DNA from: Camelus dromedarius
Taxonomy: Eukaryota
Assembly: GCF_036321535.1 (NCBI RefSeq)
Contig: NC_087436.1
Span: 56,670,001-56,734,000, forward strand
DNA: 64,000 bases
Direction of reading: 5' to 3'
Positions 28,176-41,659 of this stretch are shown in pieces (position 1 is the stretch's first letter; the number at the start of each line of letters is the position of its first letter). Both the position numbers and the translations under genes were made by a program. The notes beneath the pieces are model-generated. The model did not search any database, was not told the origin of the DNA, and worked only from the letters and a program-made list of their open reading frames with translations.

Positions 28176-31127
28176 AAACTACTCTCTAGTAGTTAGCACA
28201 TTTTCAAGTATCCAACAGATACCAGACAAAAATACCTAAAGATCTTGAATCTAAGATAATATGTGAAACGGATCCCAGAAAGTATGGAAAGGCAAAGTAT
28301 TTGAGTCCTTTATAGTTTGTTAAACAGTTTCCTAAGCTTCTTGGAAACCTAGCACCTGGGTTCAAAGCTGGTGATGCCAGGAACATGGGAAGCAATAGGG
28401 TCTGTGGCTTTTAACATGTCCCCCTCTGGGTCAGCACTTAATGCCTTTGGCTGGGTCCTCTGCCAAGCTGTGAACTTTCTGGGGATTCCTTCCTTGTCTT
28501 TTACTACTCTCCGCAACCTTTTTTTTTTTTTTTTTAAACAAACTACTTTTGCTAGCGAGATATGAGTGAGTTTAACTCAAAGTCAGAATCTTTAACATTG
28601 TGTAGCAGATTGCATCATAAGATAGTGAGATTCCCACTGCGAGCATTCAGAGGTAGAGATGGAATATTACGGAAGAGGATCCTCCAGTGAGTGGGAAGGC
28701 AGACCAAAAATCTCTGAGACTCCTTTCTACTTTGAGTCTATATTTAACAGACTGAAAGTGAATAATTTAAAATATTAACACAAATACAACATAAATATGA
28801 CATAATTCATACAAATATTATGTTCATAGTGTTAGAATGGCTATTAAATAACTTCAATATTAATATGAATGTTGACAATTCACTCTGACGCATAACGTAT
28901 CAGTGATAATCTCACAATTAAAATTCACAAATTACTTCCATACTTGTATCCTAAAACTTCCATACTATTTTCTGTTCTCTTTATTTGATTTTATTTAAAA
29001 CAATTATGATTGCATACAGGAAAAAATAACAGATTCTAGTTCTACAGCTAGAACTAAATTTATGTTGTCCAATATGTAAGTTCAAGAAAAACAGAATTCC
29101 TCAATTGAAACAGAAATAATCTATGAAGAAAATCTGAAGTAGAAATGCTAAAATGATTTTTCTTTTGCTGTCAGCATTTTTCCAATTTGTCTTAATAAAA
29201 GCAGATGTAATACCTACCTATTTATATGCTGCCAGATTATCCAAGGCCTGACATAAATTAATCTCTTTGAAATTGGATTTGAATACAATGTCATTTCATT
29301 TCAATTTTTTAAAATTTCTAAAGCCTGAGCATCTTTTTTTCTGAACCATCCTGACCCATACACCTACATAATTCCTAAAACTGGAAAATTAGGGAAAAAT
29401 TCTGCAGTGAAACTTATAAAAATTCTTACATCTGTTTCTTTGGAGTCTCATGTTCCTAATGACTTTTTCCTTCTAAAGTGATTTGCCAACCTTGGAACTT
29501 CTCAGTGTTTTCCTGACTCACAGTATATTTACAGTGTGTGTCTCGGGAAGAAACATACAGCAACCATTTCCCTTCTGAACTAGAAAAAAAGAACAGGAAA
29601 GTTCGGAACAAAAACACGTGAAAAGCAAGTCTCCAGTTAAACTACCTAAAAATGAGGGGGTTTGACTCATTAAATGAAGCCCATTCTTTCCATCATAAGT
29701 TCTTCACTCGACAGAACTGTTTTAAACTAATAAAGAAGTTTAACCTCTGTTCCATGAGTTCAGAGTTTTGTGCCTTATATAAATTCCCAAAGATTCAACA
29801 CTGTTAATGTCAGAACAATACTGAACATATCTGCATAAACTTAAAGACATTTTAGGAAGTCCTTACTGACATTCCTACCTATAAGAATACCATACACTTT
29901 GGAATGATACACTGTGAAGACATTCATAGTAGAGCGTCAAAAGCTGTACAGATTTCTGCACCACCAAATAAAATAGAAAAATTGATTAACTCCAGGGGAT
30001 CCTGCAGGATAAAGCCACAGCCTTCTTTGGCAATCTGTGAACAAATCCTGGAAGTTTCACACTACTATTAACGGAAAGGAAAATGACAGAAGTGAAGTCT
30101 AAGGAGGAAAGGACCAAAGAGAAAACAAATCCTCCAACCAAAAAAAAACGTAGCAGGAACGAGAAAGCAAAAAAATCAAGGAGGAATGTAAAGACATTAC
30201 ATTCTAAAATGTATCTTTCTTTCTGGCAGAATTCTGTTTGAAAACACAGATAGCATTTGTGATTTTGTTAAGTAACACTATTAAGTTGAGCTAGACATTT
30301 ACATAGGAAATCAAAATGCATGAAGTGTTGAAGGTCTGATTATAACACACTTGCTAATAAAATGCTGAGGTTTTCATTTGCCGGACCTTCAGGGCTCATC
30401 ACAATGTGACCTCAGCATCCAATTCCAGCCACATCTCTTGCCAAATTTTCCAGCCTCACAGACAGCTTGCCAAATATCTTCACACCTCCCACAATTTCTC
30501 CTGGCTAGTATACCATCTGGCCCCCTGACAACTATCCCCCTTCCTTATCTGAGGTTCACCTTCTAGACCATAGTCAAATGTCTTTCCTTTCATAAGACAG
30601 GTCTTCATTTCCCAGGCATGTTAGTCATGCCTTCTCATACTTCTGCATTACCACTCTAATGTATTTTACATCTTTTTATATTCTTAACATAGCATACGGC
30701 CTAGCACATAATAGGTGTTCCATGTATCTTTGCTGCTAAAGAGAAACAGAACTATAAAACTTCATGATTGTGTTAGAATCATGAGGCTGAATTTCCAATT
30801 GCATCAGCCACTCAAAAAAGGTCTTTGAAACAATTAACACCCTACACGTGGGTTATATGGGCAGCAGGATACATAGGTGTTTTGGGGGAGGGATTAATAA
30901 AAACAAAAAAATTAAAAACAAAAATTTTTGAGAAGAAAACACACATCAGCTTATTTACTGTAAGATCAGGACAAGCAGTGGCCTAGCACAAAATGGCCCG
31001 ACCAACCTGTAGTTTGGGTTGGGTGTGGGATGGGGAGAGCCCAGTGGATGGAAGTCCAGTTAGGCATGGGAGTGACTGTCTCAGGGGCAAAATTTCTTCA
31101 TTCCTTGCTCAGGAATGTAAAGACTAT

Positions 31128-31486
31128 TATCTTAGTCAAATCAGGCTGCTGTAACAAAAATACTACAGACTGGGTGGCTTAAACAATAAATTTCTTTCTC
31201 ACAGTTCCAGAGGCAGGGAGTCTGAGATCGGGGTGCTAGCTAGCTCACATTCTGGTAAGGACAGTCTTCCAGGATGCAGGTGACTGACTGCCCACTGTAT
31301 TCTCACATGGCAGAAAACCAAAGCTCTGGGCCCTTCATCCACCTCATAAAGGCACTAATTTCCATTCACGAAGGCGTCACCTTCCTGACCCAATTACCTC
31401 CCAAAGGTCCAGTCTCTTAATACCAATTAAGTGTTAGGATCTCAAGGTCTGAATTTCAGGAGGACACAAACATTCAGTCAATAACA
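31128..31486 (-). mobile_element. MaLR (MLT1/MST-type) solo LTR with 5-bp TSD ACTAT
   Basis: gctgtaacaaaaatactacagactgggtggcttaaacaa...ttctcacagttccagaggc; ACTAT at 31123-31127 and 31487-31491. Confidence 0.9.
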
Positions 31487-31859
31487 ACTATTATCCTCTA
31501 AATGGTAGAAAATAGCCATCAAATCATCACACTGCTGAGAACGTCAGATTTTCAGAGCATTCATATCTGAACACGGTGTTTCAAGATGTTTTCTGATGCA
31601 AATGAAAGCTCCTTCAGGACACAAACACACCATTAGCAACCTGACACATATTAAGGATTTGATAAATACATGAGGAATGAATAAATAACATGTCAACGTA
31701 TTATCAACTTCATAGCATTCCTGTTTCATCCACCAAGTGCTCTTATGGAAGAGTAAGAACAGATCGATTCTTCTCACACACACTCCTATTATAGGTTAAA
31801 TAAAATGAAATTTAGGGGTGAAATGATATAACGAGAACAGTACTAATATGGTATAAATA

Positions 31860-32075
31860 ATGGCTATGATGCGTTCATTGCCTATTATAGTACCAGGTAC
31901 TTTAGAATTTACTTTATCTCATTTAATCATGGTTACTATTAATGCCATCATCTTAATGGATGAGAAAAATGAGGTTTTGAGAAAGTAACTTGCTAAGATA
32001 TCAAGCTAGTACATGATGGAATGGATATTTAAACTCAGGTTTTTTAGGATGAAGAACTCATTCTTAACCAGCATA
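31860..32075 (-). mobile_element. MIR SINE
   Basis: Degenerate MIR core gatgagaaaaatgagg...gtaacttgctaag. Confidence 0.7.
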
Positions 32076-32129
32076 CCCCCAACCACAGAGCTTATGAATA
32101 CTGCCACATATTAAAAGTGCAAGCTGATG

Positions 32130-32198
32130 AAAAAAAAAGAAAAAAAACTATGCAGTTGTGAAAGAAAACAATCAATTGTGTAACTGCAAAACAAAAAA
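32130..32198 (+). mobile_element. Short A-rich retroposed insertion with a perfect 17-bp TSD
   Basis: aaaagtgcaagctgatg at 32113-32129 and 32199-32215; TT|AAAA target site. Confidence 0.8.
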
Positions 32199-33955
32199 AA
32201 AAGTGCAAGCTGATGCATGGATTGACTAAAGTACTTTTAACCAAATCTATCGTTCTTTTTGCTGTTAGTAATAGACCTTTCTAGAACCATGAACTAACCT
32301 CAGAATGTTGTTCTATTGGGAAGCAAAAAGAGGTAAACAGTTAATGACTGCAGATATGTTACCATCTGTTTCCTAACGTTAACATTACTTCAGTGCTGTT
32401 ACCTATGGACGCAGTATCACAGACCATGAAATGTTAATGACAAAATTATGCAGACGCCACAGAGGACTTTCAATATCATTTAATATTAAAGATACCACTT
32501 TATACTTGATTGAAACATTAAAAGGGAGTGAGTAAATATTTTAATTCAGGTCCCCTTTTGTTTTGTTCTGAGTCTTAAAATTCAATATAATTTGAATGCT
32601 TGAAGTTTTTATTTCATCTTTCTCCTCTACTGGTTGCTAAACTTGAGGTTGGGGCTGTATCTTTGCATTTCTGTATCCCCAGAGCATACCCTGTAGCATA
32701 TTAATCAATGTGAATACATGCTTACTCAGTAAGTAGATAAATCACATCGGGCATCATACTAGTTTTTCTGACCTATATGTACTGGAGATACATATAACAG
32801 AATGAAAAAATAAATGACGTTCAGCCATACTGATACTGTAACATGAGTTCTGAAATAGGGACAGATCATCCTTCAGACTGCAAGTATCAGCTCTACAAAG
32901 GGGCCGCAAAGCTGCCCAGAAGTCTGGTACATGGGCTAAGAATCGTCTGCTGTGCACATTGTATGGAAACCAGAGACAGTAGTCTGAATGGAGTTAACAA
33001 GCAAAAGATACCAGATAAGCATGAAGAATGTCCCCCAGGCAGAGAGAAATCCACCTGGAGAAACGGTACTCATTAATAAAGTTGCCACCTTATGCTGCCC
33101 AAGTCACTGTACTTTGAGGAGAAAGCAATGGACCAAGAAGCTAATGACTGTGAGGGCTTTAAAATCATTCTGTAGGATGTTTCAAGTCAATCATTAATGT
33201 ATCTGCAACTCACCATAATCTCATAGTTACTGATATTCATAGTTTTGTATTTAGCAACTTCACAATTTTCTATTTAGTACACAGTATTCTGAGGGCATAA
33301 AATTAGTGTATAGGTGGCCAAGGTATCGTTTCTGTGGATGCTGTTGTCGTCTCAGTGACGTTCACACTCCATGACATTCCTGTGGGAGTGTGACAGACGA
33401 GTGTGCATGTGTGATGCTCATGGGGAGGTGCCGAGATTAGGAATCCAATTACCTACAAGCTTTACTATCTGTGACACCAAAAACACATTAGCCTCCGAAT
33501 TCCTTACCATTCTACTTCATCACTTTACTTCCCGATGAACAAGTAACGATTTGAAAGCATATTTCAGTATACCGCTGGGATAATAGATTACTGAACTGAA
33601 GAATCCTGAATTGTAGTATTTAAAAAAAAAACAAAAAACAGCATTTATTTCTATATAACCATGACCAGGCTGTACTGTATTCCACATATTCCTAACATGT
33701 AGGCCTTGATATAGTAACAGATGGGAAGCCCTGATAAAGATTTTCATTTCTTTAAAACTAACTCCTCCAAAATTTAGGTCCAAGGTCTCCCTAAAGTATA
33801 CCTAGAATATGTCAATATAAATGTAACAGATTTGGAAACAAAAGAAGATTCAGACAGTCGAATTCCTCGTAGCCTAGCTTTGTAGTTCCTTAAGTATAGG
33901 GAATTCATTAAACAGCAATTCACAAGACTTTCTTGATTTCTTATCTGTTTCTGTT

Positions 33956-34918
33956 TTTATTTTCTTGTAAAGCAAGGTCTTTGCAAATCCTTTAGTCATG
34001 GTCTATTCTGTTGCAATCATACGGGTGTTACTGTGCAGGTGAGAAACCTATGACTGCAGCAGGGAAAGAACTGACATGTCATGAATGGTGACCCTGTTTG
34101 CACTTCTACTTTAACCATAATCATTTGTTTAAACAGAAAGTTCTACATTTGAATTTCCACAATGGTTATGCATGTTATCAACATCTCATCTTTCACCCAG
34201 GCTCAGCCAACACTTGAATTTCTTGACACTCATCAAGGAATAAATCTCATAGTAACGAATAATTGCCCTTCAGAGAATACACATAGAACCCAGCTTCATC
34301 AACTTGCTAATTAACACTTATGGTTACACTGATTAACATCTTCTGTTAATATAAGCAGAACTTTATGACATGCTAGTTATTTAAAACTTTCTCCTTTATC
34401 TCTCAAAGGCTTATCTTCTAACGTTCAGTGTAGGTGGCAGATGCTATCAATTTGACCTCTGGAAGCTGTCCGCATCCTTCCCCTGTGGCATACCACCATC
34501 GCACTGAGCACACGTTCCGGACCTTCTCCTAGGTCGGTTCTAGTCCATGTCATTTCCTCCTCCATGCTTTTTTCTTATGAAGGGGTTTAGAAGATTTAGG
34601 ACTCACATTCATGTGCAGCATGGTCTCTCACTTTGCTTTTCCTATTGAAGCCAGTGTATTTTCACAGAAAACACATTACTAACTCTACCTTTCTATGTAC
34701 TACATCTGGATTGCAGGCTCCTTCTGAAGGGGCACTGGGATTACTTCATGCCCTGGACTTTAACAGAATTTGTGAGCAAGCGGGATTGTTAGATGTACTC
34801 TCCCAGTAATCAAGTGTAACGGGATAATCAGCAGAATTTTCAAAGTCAGTCAAAGTATTTTTTTCGATTCCTAATAACGACAATTTATTCACATCCTTAT
34901 TGTTGGCTACCCTTGGAT
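33956..34918 (-). pseudogene. Possible terminal exon relic R: DPRVANNKDVNKLSLLGIEKNTLTDFENSADYPVTLDYWESTSNNPACSQ...
   Basis: tttcttaaaaag acceptor; over 50 open codons from phase 1; ~1 kb with no repeat I recognise, ending at a minus-strand AATAAA (33956-33961). Confidence 0.4.
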
Positions 34919-34986
34919 CTTTTTAAGAAATCAGTTTCACTGTGGTGTCACTAAAACCAACCTAGAATTTCATGGTATAAATTTAC

Positions 34987-35040
34987 CTTAACGTACTCAG
35001 ATGAACAGAGAAGAGTGATTAATGAATCTAATTATTTAAG
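34987..35040 (-). pseudogene. Possible 54-nt exon relic Q
   Basis: ttctttag acceptor and aag|GTAAAT donor; stops in all three frames; 68-nt downstream intron. Confidence 0.3.
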
Positions 35041-35779
35041 CTAAAGAATATATAATTCTAAGTTAATTCTCACTGAGTCTTTGTCTACCTAATTCACCAG
35101 GTAGAGAACATATTCAACTGATTATCAAAATTGTAAGCTTTCACAGGTATTTCCGCCTCATTAATTCAACATATTATATGAATAGACATTATGCTGTATG
35201 CTGAGGATACATTAGGCAAGACCAAAATCCATCTCAGCTGAGTTTATAGTCCAGGGAGGGAGTTTAATAAATAAGAAATTACTAAACAGTGTGGTTATTT
35301 ACTCATGGTTTATTAGCCACTATGCTAGGTGTTAAGTATAGAGCAGTGAACAAAACACACAGGCCTCTGCCCTGGTAGAGGGTATGTGGTAAGTCCTAAG
35401 ACAGCAGCAAGCATTAGATCCTATCAGACAGGGGTACTTACACCAGTCTTTAGGGGATAAGGAAGTCATTCTAGAGGCAGTGACAGCTTAGCTGACACCC
35501 CCAAAGGAAAATAACATTTGGCCAAAGACTAAGGAAAGGCAGAGTGTTCTGGTGCACAGGCCCAAAAGTCAGAGGTCATCCCATAGTCAGGGGACTAGAG
35601 GTAGTTCAGTACGGCTGAAGCAAAGGCTGTACAGCAGGCATCTGTGAAAGCAGAGGTAGGCAGAGGAATCCTGAACAAGACCACAAAGGCCACTGTAAGG
35701 TGGACCATTACAGAAGCTGAGGCAGGCTGCTTGGGTTCCAATTCTGGTTCAAACACTGATAAGCTAAGTCTTGGTAACT

Positions 35780-36318
35780 TTTCGGTGTGCCGAATCATTC
35801 CATTTTCAGCTTGATTAACTTGAGAATCATGTTTCATATTCTCTTTCGCTAGGTAGTTCTGTTATTGGTCAGATAAGGAACTTGCACAAGATTTAGGAAA
35901 TCAAAGTGAAACAGCAGCCATTACCCTGTGAAGGTCCTCATGGTTGGATGTAGTGATGGAGTGATTGACAGACTGAGAGGAGCCTGAGGGTTCCAGCTTG
36001 TCCTCACTCTCCTCGCCTTTCAGCTCATCTCCTCAACTCTGGCTCCTCTGACCAAGAGCAGGTCTAGGACCATCACCCAATGCTTAGCTGCAGACTCAGA
36101 GACAACAGCTCCCATAAACTCATCCACTAGCACCCTCACAGTCCCACTTGAGTGGCTGGACGTGCTTGGCTTATCTTATTGACTAGCTGATGACTTCTTT
36201 GATCTTCTAGCTTCTCCTTTAAGACCTTCCTCCCCAACATCTCATCATACTCTATATATTCCTACTATGATAAATCCTTCATTCCATAACTCAGTCGATC
36301 TGTTTTCCTGACTGATAC
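35780..36318. mobile_element. ERVL-type LTR inserted into a MIR
   Basis: Ends ...ctgactgataca; MIR-like sequence on both sides (gggttccaattctgg before, taacctctctgtgcct after). Confidence 0.55.
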
Positions 36319-36347
36319 ATTGGACATATTACATAACCTCTCTGTGC

Positions 36348-36787
36348 CTGTCTCATTAGCATAACGTCCTCGAGGTCCATGCATGTTGTCACAAATGACA
36401 AGATTTCCACAGCCTATCACTTATGTATAGAATCTAAAAAAGCTAAATTCATAAAAACAGACTAAAATGGTGGTTACCAGGAGCTGGGGAAATAGAGATA
36501 TTGTGTAAGGGTATAAACGTGCAACTAGTGGATAAGTAAGTCCTAGAGATCTAATGCACAGCACAGTGATTATAGACAGCAATATTTAATTATAAACAAA
36601 CTTGCTAAAAGACTAGATTTTAATTATTCCCACCACCAAAAAAGCAATAATTATGTACATGATAGAGGTGTGAGCTAATGCCATGAGGGCAACCATATGG
36701 CAATATATATCAAATCAACATGCTGTACACTTTAAACTCACACCATGTTATATGTCAGATATGTTTCAATTAAACAGTTAAAAAAAG
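36348..36787 (+). mobile_element. L1 3' end with 5' inversion
   Basis: Antisense L1 piece (aggtccatgcatgttgtcacaaatgacaagatttcc) joined to a sense L1 3' UTR ending in an A-tail. Confidence 0.8.
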
Positions 36788-37129
36788 ATGAACACACAAA
36801 GACAGTAGAAATGACAGAACTTGGTAAATTTTTAAACCTAAGAATGGAGGAAAGAGACATGAAAGGTTACTTTCAGGCTTCTAGTTTAAAACATGGGGTG
36901 AATCATGATGCCATTTTCCTGAAACAGAAAAAGTGGAAGAAGAACATGTTTGGTGAGGAAGTGATGAAATTTAGCTTTGACACGATGAGCCTGAGGTGCC
37001 CATGAGACATCTAATTGGAAACATTAAGAAGGCAGTTGCTTGTGCTGGATAGTTGAGTGTGGAGGTCAGCCATGAATCACTGCCCCTTGTTCTTCCATTA
37101 TACTTACAAGGTAAATATAAGCAAGGAAC

Positions 37130-37615
37130 TGAAAAGCTGAGATTAAATTTTTTTTATTGGTCTACGTCAACAATTTTGGCCTCACAAAACCTTTACACTC
37201 CAGAGGACCCTAAAAAGATTGTTCATGTATATTTATAGAATGAGAACTTAAGACTCAAATTTTAAATTAAAAAATTCATTTCAAAATGATAAACCATTAT
37301 GTGTTAACATAAACTTATTCATAAAAAAGAGGTAAAAGTAACATTGTTTTACTTTTTGTGAATTTCTAATGTTGGCTTAATAGGAGGCAGCTGGAGTCTC
37401 ATATCTGCCCCTACATTCAATCTGTTGCAATATCAGACTTCACGTAGCCTCTGGAAAGGTCCACTGTTCCCTTGTGAGAGAATGATAGTGAAAAGGGGAA
37501 ATAACATCTTAGAATTACTGTAGAAGTAATTTTGCCTTCATGGACTCCCTGGGAAAGGCCTCAGAGAAACCCAGGATCCCTGGACCACATGTTGAAAATA
37601 GCCGTTCATTGTGAA
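37130..37615. mobile_element. hAT-Charlie-type DNA transposon relic
   Basis: Charlie-like end ccctggaccacatgttgaaaatagccg. Confidence 0.6.
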
Positions 37616-38360
37616 CAATAAGTCAAAAGGGATGATGGCTCAGGATGAGAGTAGAGAGAGACCCAGAAACTCAGCTCTTCAGTGAACTGAGGGCAGGGAT
37701 TGGGAAACCAACGACTGGCAGTGACAGGAAGGAAGCATGATGCAGCTGAACAGCTCATGGCTCGAGTGGACAAGGGGTCTTAAAAGGAGAATTGGTGGTC
37801 TTGAAATTGTTTAGGGAAGTGAGAGCAATTCAGGTCACACCTCCACTCCCTTGTGGGGTAGTACTTGGGAGAGAATGTAGCATTTTATTAGAGTGTCTTC
37901 CAGAAGAGCCAGGTTTCAACTAGCAAGTAACAAACATAAATGTTATGTTAGTGAGGTGAGGGAATTTCTGTCCTGCATATAACAAGTACTATCACTTGCC
38001 TACAAATATCTATTCTCCCTTTCTCCCTCAGAAACAAAACTAATTCCTAACTGGGTATACTGCCACCCAGAATAAATCCTGTGTTTTCCAGCTTCCCACA
38101 CAGCTATGTATTGTTACATGGCTAATTCCTGTTCACTGTGATAAACATCAAAGTGTTGTCTGAGGCTTCTAGAAAGACTTCTTGAAAGTAGCTAAGTTTG
38201 GAGAAGCCCATTTTTTGCCTTCCTCCTCACCACTGCCTGGAATGCATATGTGACAGCTGAAAAGTGATCTAACAAACATATATGGAACTCTGCACTCAAC
38301 AAATGTAGCGTGCACATTATTTTCAGGCACAAAGAGAAGATTACCAACATTCCCACTTAC

Positions 38361-38661
38361 TCCAAGTATTAATGCATTTCAAAGGCCTGGTACCACACAG
38401 ACCATGATAGTGTGTTCAAACCTATCTCCCAAATATTCCCAGCATTTTCTTGTGAAGAAAGAAACAGGAAGTTTTCAAACCTGTCTAAAAAGATCATCTC
38501 TGCCCTGGATTGACTATGCTCCTGAAGGAAATCCTTGTCCTTTGAGCAGGAAAACAATAGCTTAAACTTAATTCCAAGGACGTTCAGCATGCATTAGTAG
38601 CAGCAGAGTAAGTGGATGCAAGAGGATTGTCAGACTTTTTAAAGAAAGATTCAGGCACAGC
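38361..38661 (-). pseudogene. Exon relic P (301 nt, Ig-like): ..CIHLLCCY*CMLNVLGIKFK...QSRAEMIFLD...QENAGNIWEIGLNTLSWSVW
   Basis: atccttttag acceptor, GTAAGT donor; length typical of a single-Ig-domain exon; includes ORF 38369..38590. Confidence 0.6.
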
Positions 38662-38724
38662 CTAAAAGGATTAAACTGCCAAAAGGATCCTGGATCAGGT
38701 AATCCAGCCGGCATCATGTAGAGC

Positions 38725-38870
38725 AAGGCTTCCCATACTAAAGAGCCTACGAATTGCCTGGGGACCCTGTAAAAACGCAGATTTGGGGTGGGGTTTGAGT
38801 TTCTGCATTTCTAACACCCTCCAAGGTGATGGTGATACCTGCTGGCCCAGGAACATCGTTTCAAGCAGCA
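38725..38870. mobile_element. MER5-type hAT MITE
   Basis: tctgcatttctaacaccctccaaggtgat...gctggcccaggaac. Confidence 0.75.
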
Positions 38871-39334
38871 TGAATAAAGACAATCAGTGTGGAAATCAGC
38901 GTGGAATACATCTATGGCCCTCACGCAGGCCATGAAGCCAAACGCCTAATTATCAGTCTCCAAATGATTTCTTGCATACGTTAATTTATCTATTTAATGA
39001 ATATTTAGTAGAGGTGCATCATGTGCCAGAAATATGCTAGACTCTGGAGGAAACAATGATGAACAGAACAGCATCCCTCCTTCTGCTTCTTAAGGTGAGG
39101 GAAGCCAGTCGTGAAAGAATTACACAGCCTTCTATAGTTGGAAAAGTAAGACCATGTGGTTCTGTGAGCTGGGTTTGATCTGATTTACCATGTTCTCTTT
39201 AGAGTGGGACCATCAAATTAACACAGGTAATTCGCGATAAATCATATGGTAGTTCAGTGATTTCATGTAATCATACCCTAAATTTTAGATATTTATATGA
39301 AAGGTGAAATTTTTTATTTATTTTTACATACTCA

Positions 39335-40432
39335 GAAGAGGTCCAAGTCAGCAGAATAAGAAAAAAGTAAAAGGTAAGAATTAGAAAAGAATATATGGTT
39401 ATTCACAGATGCTATAACTGCCTACATAAAAATGCAAAAGAATCCTCAGAGTAAGTATTAGAAGTCATAGATTAGTAAGAACGATAGATTCAAAATATAT
39501 AAAAGTCAATTAATAGTCCTGTAGGCCAGCAAACAAATAGAAATGTAATTTTTAAAGACATTATTTACAATACCATCAAAAAATATAAAGTACTAGATAA
39601 AAATCTTTAAGAGGTCTTTACAAAGAACACTGTAGAGTCTTCTGGTATGACATTAAAGACGATGGAAAAAAATACCACGATCATAGATTGCCTCACAATC
39701 CTAAAGATGTTCATTTCTCCCAAACTGATCTGCAGATTAAATACCAATCTAACCAACACTCAAAATATCATGAGGGTACATGATCTTGGCATGCCATTTC
39801 TAAATTTACATGCAAGTGAAAAGGGCTAAGTCACTACAAAGAAGAAAGAACAAGTTGGGGGGCAGGGGTTCCACTAGGTAATATTAATATAGAGCTATAG
39901 GAATTAATGCAGTCTGCTGTTGGTGCAAATGTGGACAAACTGACCTATGGAACAGAATGAAAGAACCAAGAAACACATCTATACATTTGTGGAAACTTGA
40001 TTTTTATAGTACTTGCATTGAAAACAGCGAGGAAAAGATGGACTTTATAGTAAATGCTATCAAGACCACAGATTAGACATATAAAGAAAAAAAGGAACGA
40101 GACAGGGAGAGAAAGACAGGAAGAAAGGTTCAGACAGACAGATGGGGAGAGAGACTGAGAGAGGGGGGTGGACGGGAGAGAGAGAAGGAAGGAGGAAGGT
40201 AGAGGAAAGAAGTAAGAATTTGGTTTAATCACGAAATCCAGACAGATTAAAACTTAAATGTGAAAGAAAGACAAAAGTGTAATAGTACCTTCATGATAAT
40301 TATTAGAAGTTGTAGATTAGTAAGACTGGTGGATACAAAATATATAAAAGGCAACTGTATTCCTAATAGCCAGCAAACAAACAAATATAATTTTTAAAAG
40401 ATGCCATTTACAATACCATCAAAAATATAAAG
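39335..40432 (+). mobile_element. Old L1 (ORF2 region) fragment with an embedded GA-rich tract and an internal duplication
   Basis: L1 ORF2-like A-rich sequence; GA tract ~40095-40210. Confidence 0.75.
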
Positions 40433-40688
40433 CTGGACTGTAAGACAATACGCTGTTTCCTATCCATTGTGCTTTATGGATATGGCCAGCATGACAGCAC
40501 CATTGAGGTTCAATTTCCTAGAAAATTTAGTAAGTCATGTTTAAAATTAAAATTAAAATTTACTCAAAGTACTCTCAGACTAACAGAAGCAACAGAGAGG
40601 AAACAGTAAATCAATTAGAGAAACATTGAGCCAAGTTGTTATATTATCTTGGTTGAACTAGAAACTTAATCTTTCTGCAATGGCTGAC

Positions 40689-40778
40689 CTAATTGTACTA
40701 GATGCCCTTTCTAGTGATAGAAAACGCTCAGTATCCCATAGTGATTAGATGTACTACAGAAAGCTGCTTTTCACTTCA
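40689..40778 (-). pseudogene. Possible exon relic O (90 nt): EVKSSFL*YI*SLWDTERFLSL
   Basis: ctcttag acceptor, ag|GTCAGC donor; phase-2 start compatible with N; heavily decayed. Confidence 0.35.
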
Positions 40779-41659
40779 CTAAGAGTCAAAACTATTTTTC
40801 AATCAGCTTTACTTAAGGATAATTTACACATAACAACATTTACCCATTTAAGCATATAATGCAGTAAGTTTTGACAAATGTATATAGTAGTCGAACCACC
40901 ACAGTTATGTTACAGTATTTCTAGAAACTCTTAAAAATGTCCCTTGCCATTTATCCTTTCATTTAACAAATGTTTTGAGCAATTATTTTGCAACACATGC
41001 AACATATGAACACCAACCTGAATAAAACACGTGTGTGAGTACAAACAGTGTTATCATGAGCACTTGAGACCACAGCCTACCACATGAGGCCTGTGAGAAC
41101 AGGGCCGGAACGCTAATCTAGACTAGACAGTTCTAGAAATCCATCCAAGAGGAAACTGGAAAGAAATTAACATTCACTGAGTGTCCACTTTGTGACAGGC
41201 ACTCTACCTCCATGAGTTCTTTTAATAAAATATTTTCCTTAAAGAAAGCAAGGCAAGATAGGATATAGTTAAGACAATAGTTAAAGGTCAAGTCTCCGAC
41301 GTTGACTGTGGAAGTTCAAATCTCCAACTGTCACTTACTGGGTTTGAAATCTTGGAGGCGGCGTTGAACATGTTTGTGCTTCAGTTATCCTCATCTGTGA
41401 CATGACTGGGAATAGTCCCTCCCTGGCAGGGCTAGTACATGCACATCAATTTGTCCGTGTGACGCACTGAGAAGAGCATCTAGTCTGTACTAAGAGCTCG
41501 GTGAGTGTTAACTATTAACTCATCTTTAGGATAGCCCCATGTGAAAGTATTCTTTGCCTCACTTTACAGCTAACAAACTCAAGTTTAAATACTTTGTCTA
41601 GGGTCACACAGCTAGCAAATTTCAGACTGTAATTTGAAAATGGGTCTGACTCCAAAGAG

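Noticed and set aside
40435..40517. Extra exon candidate after a ttctag acceptor
   Set aside because: No donor (it runs into an L1) and no recognisable motif; cannot support.
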